Shown: positions 1-9,960 of the stretch, in pieces
How positions within the stretch are numbered: position 1 is the stretch's first letter
How the letters are laid out: the number at the start of each line of letters is the position of its first letter
Source: an uncultured Solirubrobacteraceae bacterium
Lineage (GTDB): Bacteria; Actinomycetota; Thermoleophilia; Solirubrobacterales; Solirubrobacteraceae
DNA length: 64,000 nucleotides
Assembly (NCBI GenBank): GCA_963791405.1
Contig: CAWBSJ010000003.1
Coordinates: forward strand, 89,193-153,192
Reading direction: 5' to 3'
Position numbers and translations under genes: made by a program
The notes under the pieces: model-generated
Database searches by the model: none
The model's input: only the letters and a program-made list of their open reading frames with translations
Told to the model about the DNA's origin: nothing

Positions 1-1081
1 CGCGCCGAGGGCGAGTACGCGATCGCCCCGGGCGGCGCCGCCCGCGTCCTGGTGCTCGCCCCAGCCGGTCGGCATCTCCGTGCTGGTGACGCCGTGGAAC
101 TTCCCCGCCGCGATGGCCACCCGCAAGCTCGGGCCGGCGCTGGCGGCCGGGCTGCACCGCGATCGTCAAGCCCGCGACCGAGACGCCGCTCACCACGCTG
201 CTGATCGCCGGCATGCTCGAGGAGGCGGGCGTGCCGCCCGGCGTCGTCGGCGTCCTCACCACCACGCGGCCGCGCGAGGTCGTGGCCACGATGGTCGACG
301 ATCCGCGCGTCCGCAAGCTCTCGTTCACCGGCTCCACCGAGGTCGGGCCGCCAGCTCCTGGCGACCGGCGCGCGCAGCGTCGTGAACGTGTCGATGGAGC
401 TCGGCGGCAACGCGCCCTTCCTCGTGCTCGAGGACGCCGACGTCGACGCCGCGGTCGCCGGCGCGCTCGTCGCCAAGCTGCGCAACGGCGGCGAGGCGTG
501 CACGGCGGCGAACCGGTTCCTGGTCCACGAGTCGCTCGCCGAGGCCTTCACCGCGCGGCTGGCCGACGGCGATGGGCGCCGTCCGCATGGCGCCGGGCAC
601 GCGACCCGGGCGCGGAGCTCGGGCCGATGATCAACGCGGCCGCGGTGGCCAAGATCGAGGCGCTCGTCGGCGACGCGCGCGGCGCGGCGCCCGCGTGCGC
701 ACGGGTGGCGACCGGCCCGCCGGCCCGGGGTGGTTCTACCCGCCGACGGTGCTCGACCGCGTCGCGCCCGGCTCGGACATCCTGCGCGACGAGGTCTTCG
801 GGCCCGTCGCGCCGGTGACGACGTTCGCCGACGAGGCCGAGGCGGTCGCCGCGGCCAACGACACGGAGCACGGGCTGGTCGCCTACGTGTTCTCGCGCGA
901 CCTGCGGCGCGCGATGCGCGTGGCGGAGGCGATCGAGACCGGGATGGTCGGGCTCAACCGCGGCGTGGTCTCCGACCCGGCCGCGCCCTTCGGCGGGGTG
1001 AAGCAGAGCGGCGTCGGGCGCGAGGGCGGCCACCACGGCCTGCGCGAGTTCCTCGAGCCGAAGTACTTCTCGTTCGATTGA
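1..1081 (+). CDS. aldehyde dehydrogenase family protein (succinate-semialdehyde dehydrogenase-like); 5' end outside window, frame broken at least 3 times
   Basis: ALDH motifs are spread over four frames: VTPWNFP (80..385), [11 protein letters not shown] (213..818), MELGGNAP and GEACTAANR (382..630), and [14 protein letters not shown] at the C-terminus ending at stop 1079-1081 (572..1081). Confidence 0.85.
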
Positions 1082-1097
1082 TCCCGGCCGCCGCCCG

Positions 1098-1698
1098 ATG
1101 ATAGATTCCTTTCACACCGACGGAGGAGGAGCAGTGCCACGAGCGATCATGCTCACCGGCGACGCCGCCGAGGAGCTCGACGTGATGTACCCCCTGTACC
1201 GGGTCCGCGAGGCGGGGTGGGACTGCGACGTCGCGGCCCTGAGCCGCCGCGACGTCCAGCTCGTCATCCACGACTTCGACCCGAACTCGGACGCCTACAC
1301 GGAGAAGAACGGGCGCAAGCTGCCCGTCGACCTCGCGTTCTCCGAGGTCGAGGTCGAGCGCTACCAGGCGCTCATCATCCCGGGCGGCCGCGCGCCGGAG
1401 TACATCCGCACCGATCCCGACGTCCGCCGCATCACGGAGTGGTTCTTCGCCAAGGACCTGCCGGTGGGGACGATCTGCCACGGGCCGCAGGTGCCCGCCG
1501 TCTACGGGCTGCTGCAGGGACGCAGGACCGCCGCGTTCCCGCCGCTGACCGGCGACATGGAGAACGCCGGCGCGACGGTGGTCGACGCGCCGGACGTGGT
1601 CGACGGCAACATGGTCTCGTGCCGCGGCTGGCCGGACATGCCGGAGTGGTCGCGCGCCTTCATGGCCGTGCTCGAGCGGGCGGCCGTCGCCCGCCTGA
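1098..1698 (+). CDS. DJ-1/PfpI family protein (3' end inferred; ORF reads through into the next gene)
   Basis: First ~195 aa of ORF 1098..1985 carry ALIIPGGRAPEY, GTICHGPQV (Cys-His elbow) and VSCRGWPD. There is no in-frame stop before the hydrolase; TGA 1696-1698 is reachable by a 1-nt shift. Confidence 0.8.
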
Positions 1699-1702
1699 CC
1701 GC

Positions 1703-2542
1703 GTGCCGGCCGCCGTCAGCCCGGACCGGCTCGCGGTCGACGTCGGCGGGACGCCAGGTCGCCGTGCACGAGCTCGGGGCCGGCGCCGCCCGTGCTGCTG
1801 CTGCACGGTCCGGGCCCGGGACGACGGGCTGGGGCGCCTGGGCGGCGGTCGCCGAGGCGCTCGCCGGGCGCCACCGGGTGATCGTCCCGGACCAGGCGGG
1901 CTTCGGCGACACGCCGTTCCCCGGCGGCGCGCCCGCGCCGACGCGTCGCGGCGCGCGGTCTGGGTCGGCCAGGCGCGCGGGCTGATGGCCGCGCTCGGCG
2001 CGCCGCGCTACGCGGTGGCCGGGCATCGATGGGCGGCGCGGTGGCGCTCGCGCTCGCGGCGGCCGAGCCGGAGCGCGTGACGCGGGTGGTGGCGGTCGCG
2101 TCGATGGGCGCGCCGATGGCGCTGCCGCCGGCGCTCGACGCGCTGTGGGCCGCGCGCCCCGACGGCGACGGCGCGGCGCGGATGCTCGGCCTGCTCTACC
2201 ACGACCCCGCGCTCGTCACGCCGGCGTCGGCGCGCGCGCGCGACGCGGCCATGCGCGCGGGCGCGGCCGCCTTCGCGCCGCTGTTCCCGGCGCCCCGCGA
2301 CCGCTGGGTGCGCGACCTCACGCTCGATCCGGACGCGCTGCGCCGCGGTGCGCGCGCCCGTCCTGCTCGTCCACGGCGCGAACGACCGGCTCACGCCGAT
2401 CGCCGGCGCCGCCCTCCCGCTGCTCGAGCGGCTCCCGGACGTGCGGCTGCACGCGTTCGGGCGCTGCGGCCACGTGCCCGCGGTCGAGCAGCGCGAGGAG
2501 TTCGTCCGCGTCCTCGCCGACTTCCTGGAGCCCGATGCCTGA
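1703..2542 (+). CDS. alpha/beta hydrolase (meta-cleavage-product hydrolase-like), frameshifted
   Basis: Pieces lie in three frames: HRVIVPDQAGFGDTP; GH-(S)-MGGAVALALAAAEPERV, where the nucleophile elbow is disrupted by a missing base at 'catcgatggg'; and LLVHGANDRLTP...GRCGHVPAVEQ, ending at stop 2540-2542. GTG 1703 is a candidate start. Confidence 0.75.
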
Positions 2543-3749
2543 GCTCGCCGTCCTCCGCAGCCCCGACGCCGTCCTGTTCGGGACGGGCATGGCCGCCGCC
2601 TGCCGGCGGCGTCGCCGCCCGCCACGGGCGCCGGCGCGTTCGTGGTCACCGACCCGGTGCTGGCGCGACGGCCGGCTTCGACGTCGTGCTCGGCTCGCTG
2701 CGCGCGCCGGGCCTCGACGCGGTCGTGTTCGCCGAGGCCGCCGTCGACGTCCCGATGGCCACGATCGACGCCGCGCACGCTGCCGCTCGCGAGGCGCGCC
2801 CCGACGTCGTCGTGGCGGTCGGCGGCGGCAGCGCGATCGACCTCGCCAAGGTGACCGCGCTGCTGCTGGCGCACGGCGGGCCGCTCAGCGCCTACTACGG
2901 CGAGCACCTCGTGCCGGGCCCGTCGTCCCGCTGATCGCCCTGCCGACCACCGCGGGCACCGGCTCGGAGGTCACGCCGGTCTCGGTGATCGGCGATCCCG
3001 AGCTCGGCATGAAGGTCGGGATCTCGAGCCCGTACCTGATCCCGCGCACGGCGATCTGCGACCCGGAGCTGACGCGGACGTGTCCGCCGCTCGGTGACCG
3101 CCCACTCCGGCATCGACGCGCTCTCGCACGCGATCGAGGCGTACATGGCGGTCGCGCGGCCGCCCGCGCCGGAGCTGCCGCTCGAGCGGGTGGCGGTCGG
3201 CAAGAACGCGCTGTCGGACGTGCTCGCGCTCGCCGCGGTCCGCGAGATCGGCGCCCAGCCTCGATCGCGCGGTCGCGGACGGGGACGACATCGAGGCGCG
3301 CGCGGGGATGCTGTTCGGCTCGCTGAACGCCGGGCTGGCGTTCGCGAACTCGGGCGTCTCGGTCGCGCACGCGCTGCAGTTCGCCATCGGCGCCGCCACC
3401 GGCACGCCGCACGGCCTGGGCACCGGGATGATGCTGCCGTACGTGATGGCGTTCAACCGGCCCGCGCGCGAGCCGGAGCTCGCGGAGCTCGCCGCCGCGC
3501 TGGGCGAGCCGGGCGGCGACGCCGTCGCGATCGTGCACGCGCTCGGTCTGCGGATCGGCCTGCCCGCCCGGCTCGCCGACCTCGAGCTCGCCGAGGAGCG
3601 GCTCGAGGCGATCGGCGAGCAGGCGGCGGGCATCCGGCGCCTCGCCGGCAACAACCCGCGCCCGGTCGACGCCGGCGGACTGCACCGCGATCCTCCGCGC
3701 CGCGTGGCACGGGGACCCGTCGCGGCTCGCGGAGCCCGCGGCGGCCTGA
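2535..3749 (+). CDS. iron-containing alcohol dehydrogenase, frameshifted about 4 times
   Basis: ATG 2535 overlaps the upstream stop. Fe-ADH motifs appear in successive frames: VVAVGGGSAIDLAK, ALPTTAGTGSEVTP, GIDALSHAIEAY, VSVAHALQFAIGAATGTPHGLG. The reconstructed stop is TGA 3747-3749. Confidence 0.85.
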
Positions 3750-3761
3750 GCGCGCGCCGGC

Positions 3762-4426
3762 TCAGTCGTCGCGGCCGAGCTCGCGGGCGCGGCCGGTGAG
3801 GTCGCGCACCGCCTTGTCGAGGTGCTCGCGCATGCGGGCGACGGCGGCGGGCGCCGAGCCGGCGAGGATCCCGTCGAGCACCTGCCGGTGCTCCTCGGCC
3901 AGGGCGGACGGGGTGTGCCAGGCCGGGCGGAGCTGCGCGATGCAGAGCCGGATCTCGCCCTCGAGCGCCGCGTGGAGGCGCGCGAGGCGCGGCGACCCGA
4001 CCGCGTCCATGAGCGCCAGGTGGAAGGCCATGTCGGCCTCGACGACGTCGCTCCAGCCGACGTCGTCGCCCAGCGCCTGGAACCGCTCGACGGCGGCCCG
4101 TGCCGCCGGGACGTCCTCGCGCCGCCGGCCAGCGTGCGCACGGCGTGCAGCTCGATCGGGCGTGCGGGCGAAGAAGATGTCGCCGACCGCGTCGGGCGTG
4201 AGCTCCGGCACCGAGGCCGTGTGGTTCGGCCGGCGCTGCAGCAGGCCTTGGTGGACGAGCAGCTGGAGCGCCTCGCGCACCGTCGGGCGGGCGACGCCGT
4301 AGCTGCGCGACGAGCTCGAGCTCGGGCAACCGGGTCCCCGGCGGCGATGTCGCTGCTCAGGATGCGGTCGCGCAGCGCGCGCGCCAGCGCCTCCGTGGCG
4401 GACACGGGCTGGAGCTCGAGCGTCAT
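3762..4426 (-). CDS. GntR family transcriptional regulator (FadR/FCD-type), frameshifted
   Basis: N-terminal MTLELQPVSATEALARALRDRILS and winged-helix SRSYGVARPTVREALQLLVHQGLL lie in different frames. The C-terminal FCD-like part is DMAFHLALMDAVGSPRLARLH. ATG 4426-4424 overlaps the upstream stop (ATGA). Confidence 0.8.
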
Positions 4427-4982
4427 GACGCCGCGGCGAGCGGGGTGCCGAGGGCGAGGCGCGACAGCTCCGCCGCCGGCACGACGCGCATCCCGAGCGC
4501 GGCGGCCGCCCGCAGCTCCGCGGGATCGCGCCCGACGTGGACGACGCGGTCCGCAGGCGCATCCGCGCGCGCGAGCGCGGCGCGCAGCGCACCGCGCGCG
4601 CCGCGGGCGCACACGACCGCGGCGAACGCTCCGTCCAGCGGGCGCAGCGCGGAGTCGACCAGCGCGTGCTCCGCCGTGGCGACCGCGACGACGGGCGCCT
4701 CGAGGCGCTCGAGCAGCGTCCGCACGCCCGCGCGCGTCCGGCACCCCAGCGCGAGCCGCGCGGACGGCGTCGGCGCCCGCGCGGCGCCCAGCGGAACCCG
4801 CGCTCGGCGGCGAGCGCGTCGACGGCCGGCGCGACGCCTCCCAGCTCCGCCGCGAGCGCGCGCAGGCGCCGGGCGAGCGCGCGGCCGCGGTCCATCGGGG
4901 GTTGCCCGTGACGGCGGGCGATCTCGTAGACCAGCGCCTCCTCCGCGGCGTCGAGATCGACGAGCACGCCCCGGAACGCCAT
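4423..4982 (-). CDS. HAD-like hydrolase family protein (degenerate motifs), frameshifted
   Basis: N-terminus is MAFRGVLVDLD (motif I-like). The C-terminus VVHVGRDPAELRAAAALGMRVV (motif III/IV-like) is in a second frame and ends at stop 4423-4425. Confidence 0.45.
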
Positions 4983-5044
4983 CGTGAACGCGGCGATGCC
5001 GCCGTTCCTCGCTCCCATGCGGCGCGACCCTACATTGTCTTACA

Positions 5045-5055
5045 ACTAGACACAA
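5045..5055. promoter_or_regulatory. GntR-type operator candidate TTGTcttACAA
   Basis: Inverted repeat TTGT-N3-ACAA in the AT-richer divergent intergenic region between the HAD/GntR operon and the FAD oxidase gene. It matches the generic GntR-family GT-N-AC half-site pattern. Confidence 0.4.
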
Positions 5056-5118
5056 GGATATTGTTGCGCGGATGACCGAATTACCGGACGACTGCGCGAG
5101 CTCCTCGGGGACGCCCAC

Positions 5119-6390
5119 GTGGTGCCCGGCGAGCCGCGCTACGAGCGCGACGTCACCGGCCGCTTCGGCGGGCCGGCCGCGATGGTCGCCCGCCCGGGCT
5201 CCGCCGGCGAGGTCGCCGGCGTGCTGGCCGCGTGCACCGCGGCCGGGATCGGGGTCGTGCCGCAGGGCGGCAACACCGGGCTCGTCGGCGGCGGCGTCCC
5301 GCGCGGCGGCGAGGTCGTGCTCTCGCTGGCGCGGCTGACCGGGATCGGGCCGCTCGATCCCGTCGCCCGCCAGATCACCGCCGGGGCCGGCGTGACGCCC
5401 GCGGCGCTGGCCGCGGCGCTGCGCGGATCGGGCCTCGCGCTCGGCGTCGACTTCGGCGCGCGCGACGCGGCGACGCTCGGCGGCATGGTCGCGACCGACG
5501 CGGGCGGCGCGCAGGTGCTCCGCCACGGGACGATGCGCGCACGCGTCGCCGGGCTCGAGGCGGTCCTGGCCGACGGCCGCGTGCTGCGCCGGCTCTCGGG
5601 GCTGCCGAAGGACAACGCCGGGTACGACCTGCCGCAGCTGCTGGTGGGCTCCGAGGGGACGCTCGCCGTGATCACGGCGGTGCGGCTCGCGCTGGTCGAC
5701 GAGCCGCGGCGGCTCACCGCGGCGCTGCTCGGCATGCCGTCGATCGGCGCGTCGGTGGAGCTCGTCGCCGGCGCCCGGCGGACGCTCCCGGGCCTCCAGG
5801 CGGCCGAGGTCTTCGACGACGCCGCCATGGACCTCGTGATGGAGCACCTCGGGCTGCCGCACCCGCTCGCGGAGCGCCACCCGGTGTACGTGCTGGTCGA
5901 GACGGCCGACGACGTCGACGCGCTCGCCGCGGCGCTGGGCGACGCCGGCGACGTGGCCGTCGCCGACGACACGGCGCGGCGGCAGGCGCTGTGGCGCTAC
6001 CGCGAGGCGCTGAACCCCGCGGTCAACGCGGCCGGCGTCCCGCACAAGCTCGACGTGTCGGTGCCGCTCCCGGCGACGGCGGCGTTCGCGGCGGAGGCCC
6101 GCACGGCGATCGAGTCGCTCGGCGGCCGGGCGATCCTGTGGGGCCACCTGGGCGACGGCAACCTGCACGTCAACGTGCTCGGCCTGCCGCCGGACGACGA
6201 GCGGGTCGACGAGACCGTGCTCGCGCTCGTCGCCGCGCACGGCGGCTCGATCAGCGCGGAGCACGGCGTCGGCGTGGCCAAGCGGCGCTACCTCGGGCTG
6301 ACGCGCAGCACCGAGGAGCTGTCCGTGATGGCGGCGGTCAAGCGCGCGCTCGACCCGGGCGCGATCCTCAACCCGGGCGTGCTGCTCTAG
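5119..6390 (+). CDS. FAD-binding oxidoreductase (D-2-hydroxyacid / GlcD-like dehydrogenase)
   Basis: Intact 423-aa ORF with FAD-binding PCMH-type motifs (VVPQGGNTGLVGGGVP, GYDLPQLLVGSEGTLAVIT) and a C-terminal FAD-oxidase_C region (SISAEHGVGVAKRRYL). The real start is probably ATG 5072 (MTEL...), joined by a shift. Confidence 0.9.
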   Translation: MVPGEPRYERDVTGRFGGPAAMVARPGSAGEVAGVLAACTAAGIGVVPQGGNTGLVGGGVPRGGEVVLSLARLTGIGPLDPVARQITAGAGVTPAALAAALRGSGLALGVDFGARDAATLGGMVATDAGGAQVLRHGTMRARVAGLEAVLADGRVLRRLSGLPKDNAGYDLPQLLVGSEGTLAVITAVRLALVDEPRRLTAALLGMPSIGASVELVAGARRTLPGLQAAEVFDDAAMDLVMEHLGLPHPLAERHPVYVLVETADDVDALAAALGDAGDVAVADDTARRQALWRYREALNPAVNAAGVPHKLDVSVPLPATAAFAAEARTAIESLGGRAILWGHLGDGNLHVNVLGLPPDDERVDETVLALVAAHGGSISAEHGVGVAKRRYLGLTRSTEELSVMAAVKRALDPGAILNPGVLL

Positions 6391-6665
6391 TCGGGGATCA
6401 GGCCCTCGCCGTTGAACTCGTGGTGGGCCTCCGAGAACGAGAGGTCCGGCGGCGGGATGATCACGTCGGACTCCTCGAGCTCGTCGTCGCCGAGCCGGTG
6501 GCCGTCCGTGCGGATCAGCTGGAGCATCTCCTCGAAGACCGCGTGGAAGCGGTCCTCGTCGTCGGCCTCGACGGCCGCCACCGCGTCGTTGTCGAGCGTG
6601 TTGAGCCGCTCGGCGTCCTCGTCGGGCAGGCGGTACTGGTCCTCCGTCGCGATCCGGACGATCAC
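6387..6665 (-). CDS. small acidic PspA-associated protein (PspAA-like)
   Basis: Intact 92-aa acidic ORF. Its start overlaps the pspA stop (ATGA at 6662-6665). It matches my recollection of the PspAA family found next to actinobacterial pspA. Confidence 0.6.
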   Translation of the reverse strand: MIVRIATEDQYRLPDEDAERLNTLDNDAVAAVEADDEDRFHAVFEEMLQLIRTDGHRLGDDELEESDVIIPPPDLSFSEAHHEFNGEGLIPD

Positions 6666-7426
6666 GCCTGGCCGCCCTGGCTCTGCTGCGGCTGGTCGGC
6701 CGGCGCGCCCTCCTCGAGGGCGGGCGACGGCGCGTCGCCCTGGCCGAGCTCGGCCTTCATCTTGGCGAGGTCGTCGTCGACCTGGCTGCCGGAGGTGAGC
6801 TCGGAGAGCTGGCGGTCGATGTCGTCCTGACCCGCGGTGAGCGTCAGGTTGTCGTCGAACGCGCCGGCGGCCTCGAGCTCGTCCATCGCGCTCGCGCGGG
6901 CGCGCATGCCCTCGGTCTTGTCGACGGCCCGCTGCATCGCGAGCCCGACGTCGGCCATCTCCTCGCCCACGCCGGTCGCGGCCTCGGAGATCTTGACCTG
7001 TGCCTCCGCGGCGGAGTACTGGGCCTTGATGACCTCCTTCTTGGTGCGGAACTGCTCGAGCTTGGTGCGGAGCTTCTGCTCCTTGTCGATCAGGCCCTGC
7101 TGCTGCTGCTCGAGCTCGACGACCTGCTGGTCGAGGGTCTGGAGCTCGGTCTGCGCGAACTGCTTGCGCTCGAGCGCGGTGCGCGCGAGGTCCTCACGGC
7201 CCTGGGAGAGCGCCTGGCGCGCCTGGGTGTCGAGCTTGACGACCTGCTGCTCGAGCTTCTGCTGCTGGAGCTGCAGGCGCTTCTTCGCGGTGACGACGTC
7301 GGCGATGCCCTTCTTGACGTTCTGGAGCAACTCCATCTGCTTCGCATAGGAGTACTCGAGCGTCTCGGACGGATCCTCCGCCTTGTCGAGCATCTTGTTG
7401 ATCTTCGCCTTGATGACGGTGGACAT
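6662..7426 (-). CDS. pspA: PspA/IM30 family protein (phage shock protein A)
   Basis: MSTVIKAKINKMLDKAEDPSETLEYSYAKQMELLQNVKKGIADV... is a long coiled-coil typical of PspA/Vipp1. ATG at 7426-7424. The tail is Gln/Pro-rich. Confidence 0.9.
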   Translation of the reverse strand: MSTVIKAKINKMLDKAEDPSETLEYSYAKQMELLQNVKKGIADVVTAKKRLQLQQQKLEQQVVKLDTQARQALSQGREDLARTALERKQFAQTELQTLDQQVVELEQQQQGLIDKEQKLRTKLEQFRTKKEVIKAQYSAAEAQVKISEAATGVGEEMADVGLAMQRAVDKTEGMRARASAMDELEAAGAFDDNLTLTAGQDDIDRQLSELTSGSQVDDDLAKMKAELGQGDAPSPALEEGAPADQPQQSQGGQA

Positions 7427-7532
7427 GCGTCCGCCCAGTCCGGGCACGGCTACCTCCGGGTCGGGGTCTGCATCAAGCGTACCCGGCCGCAGCACTCAGC
7501 CGCGGCCGGATGGCGCGAAGATCGGGGCGGGA

Positions 7533-8164
7533 CTAGAAGGACGTCGGGTGACGCTTGACGAAGCCGCGGCCTGAGCGCGGCATCGGGCGCCAGCGCGGGC
7601 CGGACTCGAACGCCTTGGCGGCGACCTTCGTCTTCGTCGTGCGCGACATGCCGGCGACGCTCGTGTCGAGCCGGAGGCCGGCGATGACCGCGTAGGCGTG
7701 GCCGGGGTTCGTGTAGACGGTGATCCAGCGCGCCCTTGCCCTTCTCGCCCCACTTCATGAACGAGCCGGAGTCGAGCGGGCTGTCCAGCAGGTCGCCGCC
7801 GTGGAGGGCGAACGAGACGGTGCCGGAGCAGTCGGCGCCCTTGGCGACGTTGAACTTCAGGTTGTGCCCGCCGCCGTAGCTGTAGGGCAGGTCCTGGAGC
7901 GAGTTCGCGGCCCAGATCGCCTGCTTGACCTGCTCGGGCGCGTCGGCCGGAGCGGCCGCGGTGCCGTCGGCGAGCAGCTTCGCCTTGGTGCCGGGCACCT
8001 CCTGGCCGGTCCACAGCCCGGGCTGCCAGCATCGGCGGGGGCGGGGGCTCCTCTTCATAGGCGGCGCCGCCCGTGGCGGGCGTCTGCGCATACGCCCCGC
8101 TCGGGACGATGACGCACAACAGCACAATGAAGATTGGGGCGACGCCCCGCAAAGACAACGACAT
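7533..8164 (-). CDS. secreted NlpC/P60 (C40) family peptidase, frameshifted twice
   Basis: Signal peptide MSLSLRGVAPIFIVLLCVIVPSGAYA. PYSYGGGH...GADCSGTVSFAL (catalytic Cys) is in a second frame and RWITVYTNPGHAYAVIAGLRLD in a third. Reconstructed stop at 7533-7535. Confidence 0.7.
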
Positions 8165-8171
8165 AAGCCTC

Positions 8172-8310
8172 TTTCGTCGGCCTGCGGGGTTAGCTGACGG
8201 GCTGGCGCTGAAAGAGCCTGCGCCCCACGACGCTCAGGTCGTGGTTAGCCCCAACAAATTGGTTCCCCCGTCCCCCGGGATCCATCCGGAGGTTCGGCTT
8301 GGCCGGGCAC
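8172..8310 (-). promoter_or_regulatory. cyclic-di-AMP riboswitch (ydaO/yuaA motif) in the 5' UTR of the NlpC/P60 gene
   Basis: The minus strand reads ...CCCGGGGGACGGGGGAACCAA...UGGGGCUAACC...CCCGUCAGCUAACCCCGCAGGC...GAAAGAGGCUUAUG. The blocks match the conserved ydaO cores (GGGGGACCCA, GGGGUGAAUCC, CCCGUCAGCUAACCUCGUAAGC) as I remember them. Confidence 0.7.
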
Positions 8311-8380
8311 TGTACAAGGTCCGACGGCGAACGCAAGCGGCTCGTTTTGTCCAATTTGCGGTTTTTTCTTCAAGCCGGAC

Positions 8381-9622
8381 TTGATTTTGTGCGGAAGCTC
8401 GAGGTTGCCGCTAGCGTTCTTGGCCGTGCGCCCCCCGCTCAGAGCGGCGACCCTCGTCGCCGTCATTGCACTCGTGCTTGCAGGCTGCGGCGGCGGAGGC
8501 GACTCCTCCGGCGACGCCACCCCGACGCCGGGCGAGGGCGACCAGGCGCCGGCGCTGGGCCAGGGCGGCGGCGACGAGCAGGCCGCGACCGACCTCGGCT
8601 TCCCCGCCTTCGCGACCCGCAACACCACCCGGGTCGGCGGCGCCGACGCCGTCGCCGACGCGGCCGCCGTCGCCCAGGCCGTCTATCCGTCGCGCGACGA
8701 GGACACCCGCCCCGAGGCGATCGCGCTGGTCGACTCGAGCGACTGGCGCGTCGCGGTCTCGACCGCGCAGCTGATGGCGCCGCCGCTGCGCGCGCCGATG
8801 CTGTTCTCCGACGGCGGGTCGCTCCCGCCCGCGACCGAGCAGGCGCTCGGGCGGCTGATCCCGACGGGCGCCAAGCAGGCGGGGAACGCCCAGGTCATCC
8901 GCGTCGGCCAGGCGGCCGAGGCGCAGGGCTACCGCGCGACGGCGGTCGAGGGCGCGGACTACGCCGCGCTCGCGCAGGCGATCGACCGGCTGCAGACCGC
9001 CGCGGCGGGGAAGCCGAGCGGGGCGGTCGTCGTCGCGTCGGCCGAGCAGCCGGGCTACGCGATGCCCGCCGCGGGCTGGGCGGCGAAGTCCGGCCAGCCG
9101 GTGCTGTGGGTGACGCGCGACGCGATCCCGCCGTCGACCCGCGCGGCGATCACCGCGCACAAGCGGCCGCAGATCTACGTGCTCGGGCCCGAGGCGGCGG
9201 TCTCGGCGCGGGTCGAGAAGCAGCTCGGCGAGCTCGGCCAGGTCAAGCGCGTGAGCGGCGCGGACCCGGTCGCCAACGCGATCGCCTTCGCCCGCGAGCC
9301 CGACCTCTGGAACGTCGTCGACCCCGGCCACGGGCTCGTCTTCCTCAACACGCAGCGGCCGCTCGACGCCGCGGCCGCCGCGCCGCTCTCGGCCTCCGGC
9401 ACCTACGGCCCGCAGCTGCTGCTCACCGAGGGGAACGCGCTGCCCGCCCCGCTGCAGGACTACCTGCTCGACATCCAGCCCGGCTACGACGAGGACCCGG
9501 TCCGCGGCGTCTACAACCACGGCTGGATGATCGGCGACGAGAACGCGATCTCCGTCGACGTCCAGGCGCGGATCGACGCGCTGCTGGAGATCCAGGCGGT
9601 GGACCGCGGGAAGGGCTCGTAG
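8381..9622 (+). CDS. lipoprotein with putative cell-wall-binding repeats (CWB2-like)
   Basis: Intact 413-aa ORF. Lipobox LVLAGCGG follows a hydrophobic leader. Three similar ~100-aa modules (RVGGADAVADAAAVAQAVY..., ...PVLWVTRDAIPPSTRAAI...) resemble cell wall binding repeat 2 proteins. Confidence 0.7.
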   Translation: MILCGSSRLPLAFLAVRPPLRAATLVAVIALVLAGCGGGGDSSGDATPTPGEGDQAPALGQGGGDEQAATDLGFPAFATRNTTRVGGADAVADAAAVAQAVYPSRDEDTRPEAIALVDSSDWRVAVSTAQLMAPPLRAPMLFSDGGSLPPATEQALGRLIPTGAKQAGNAQVIRVGQAAEAQGYRATAVEGADYAALAQAIDRLQTAAAGKPSGAVVVASAEQPGYAMPAAGWAAKSGQPVLWVTRDAIPPSTRAAITAHKRPQIYVLGPEAAVSARVEKQLGELGQVKRVSGADPVANAIAFAREPDLWNVVDPGHGLVFLNTQRPLDAAAAAPLSASGTYGPQLLLTEGNALPAPLQDYLLDIQPGYDEDPVRGVYNHGWMIGDENAISVDVQARIDALLEIQAVDRGKGS

Positions 9623-9633
9623 ACTCCCGCGCC

Positions 9634-9945
9634 ATGGCCGAAGCCGAGCAGCCCAAGCGCCTCCGCCCGGAGCACACCGTCTCGGTCGAGGACGTGCGCC
9701 AGCTGATGGGCGCCTCGACCCCGCACTTCGCGCTCCAGCTGCGCAACCGGATCCGCAAGCTGATCGCCCCGCTGCCGCCCGGCGACCCGGCCCGGCTCGA
9801 GGGCGAGCGCGAGATCGCGCGGCTCGAGCGGCTCGCGTACACGGGCGAGGTCCGCGGCCAGCAGGAGCAGGACGGCCAGCGGCCGCTGCCGAGCCTCGGC
9901 GAGGACGAGCCGTCCCGCTACGCCGAGGGCCCGACCCGCGGCTAG
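9634..9945 (+). CDS. hypothetical protein (103 aa)
   Basis: ATG 9634 lies 12 nt after the lipoprotein stop. GC3-rich ORF with a non-repetitive sequence (MAEAEQPKRLRPEHTVSVEDVRQLMGASTPHFALQLRNRIRKL...). No family recognised. Confidence 0.5.
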   Translation: MAEAEQPKRLRPEHTVSVEDVRQLMGASTPHFALQLRNRIRKLIAPLPPGDPARLEGEREIARLERLAYTGEVRGQQEQDGQRPLPSLGEDEPSRYAEGPTRG

Positions 9946-9960
9946 GGCGGCGGGCTGACG

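Noticed and set aside
1098-1985. Apparent DJ-1/PfpI-hydrolase fusion (a 295-aa ORF running from PfpI into the alpha/beta hydrolase).
   Set aside because: The read-through segment changes into the hydrolase only via out-of-frame sequence. A TGA at 1696-1698 and a GTG at 1703 are available after a 1-nt correction. This is consistent with the general indel problem rather than a real fusion.
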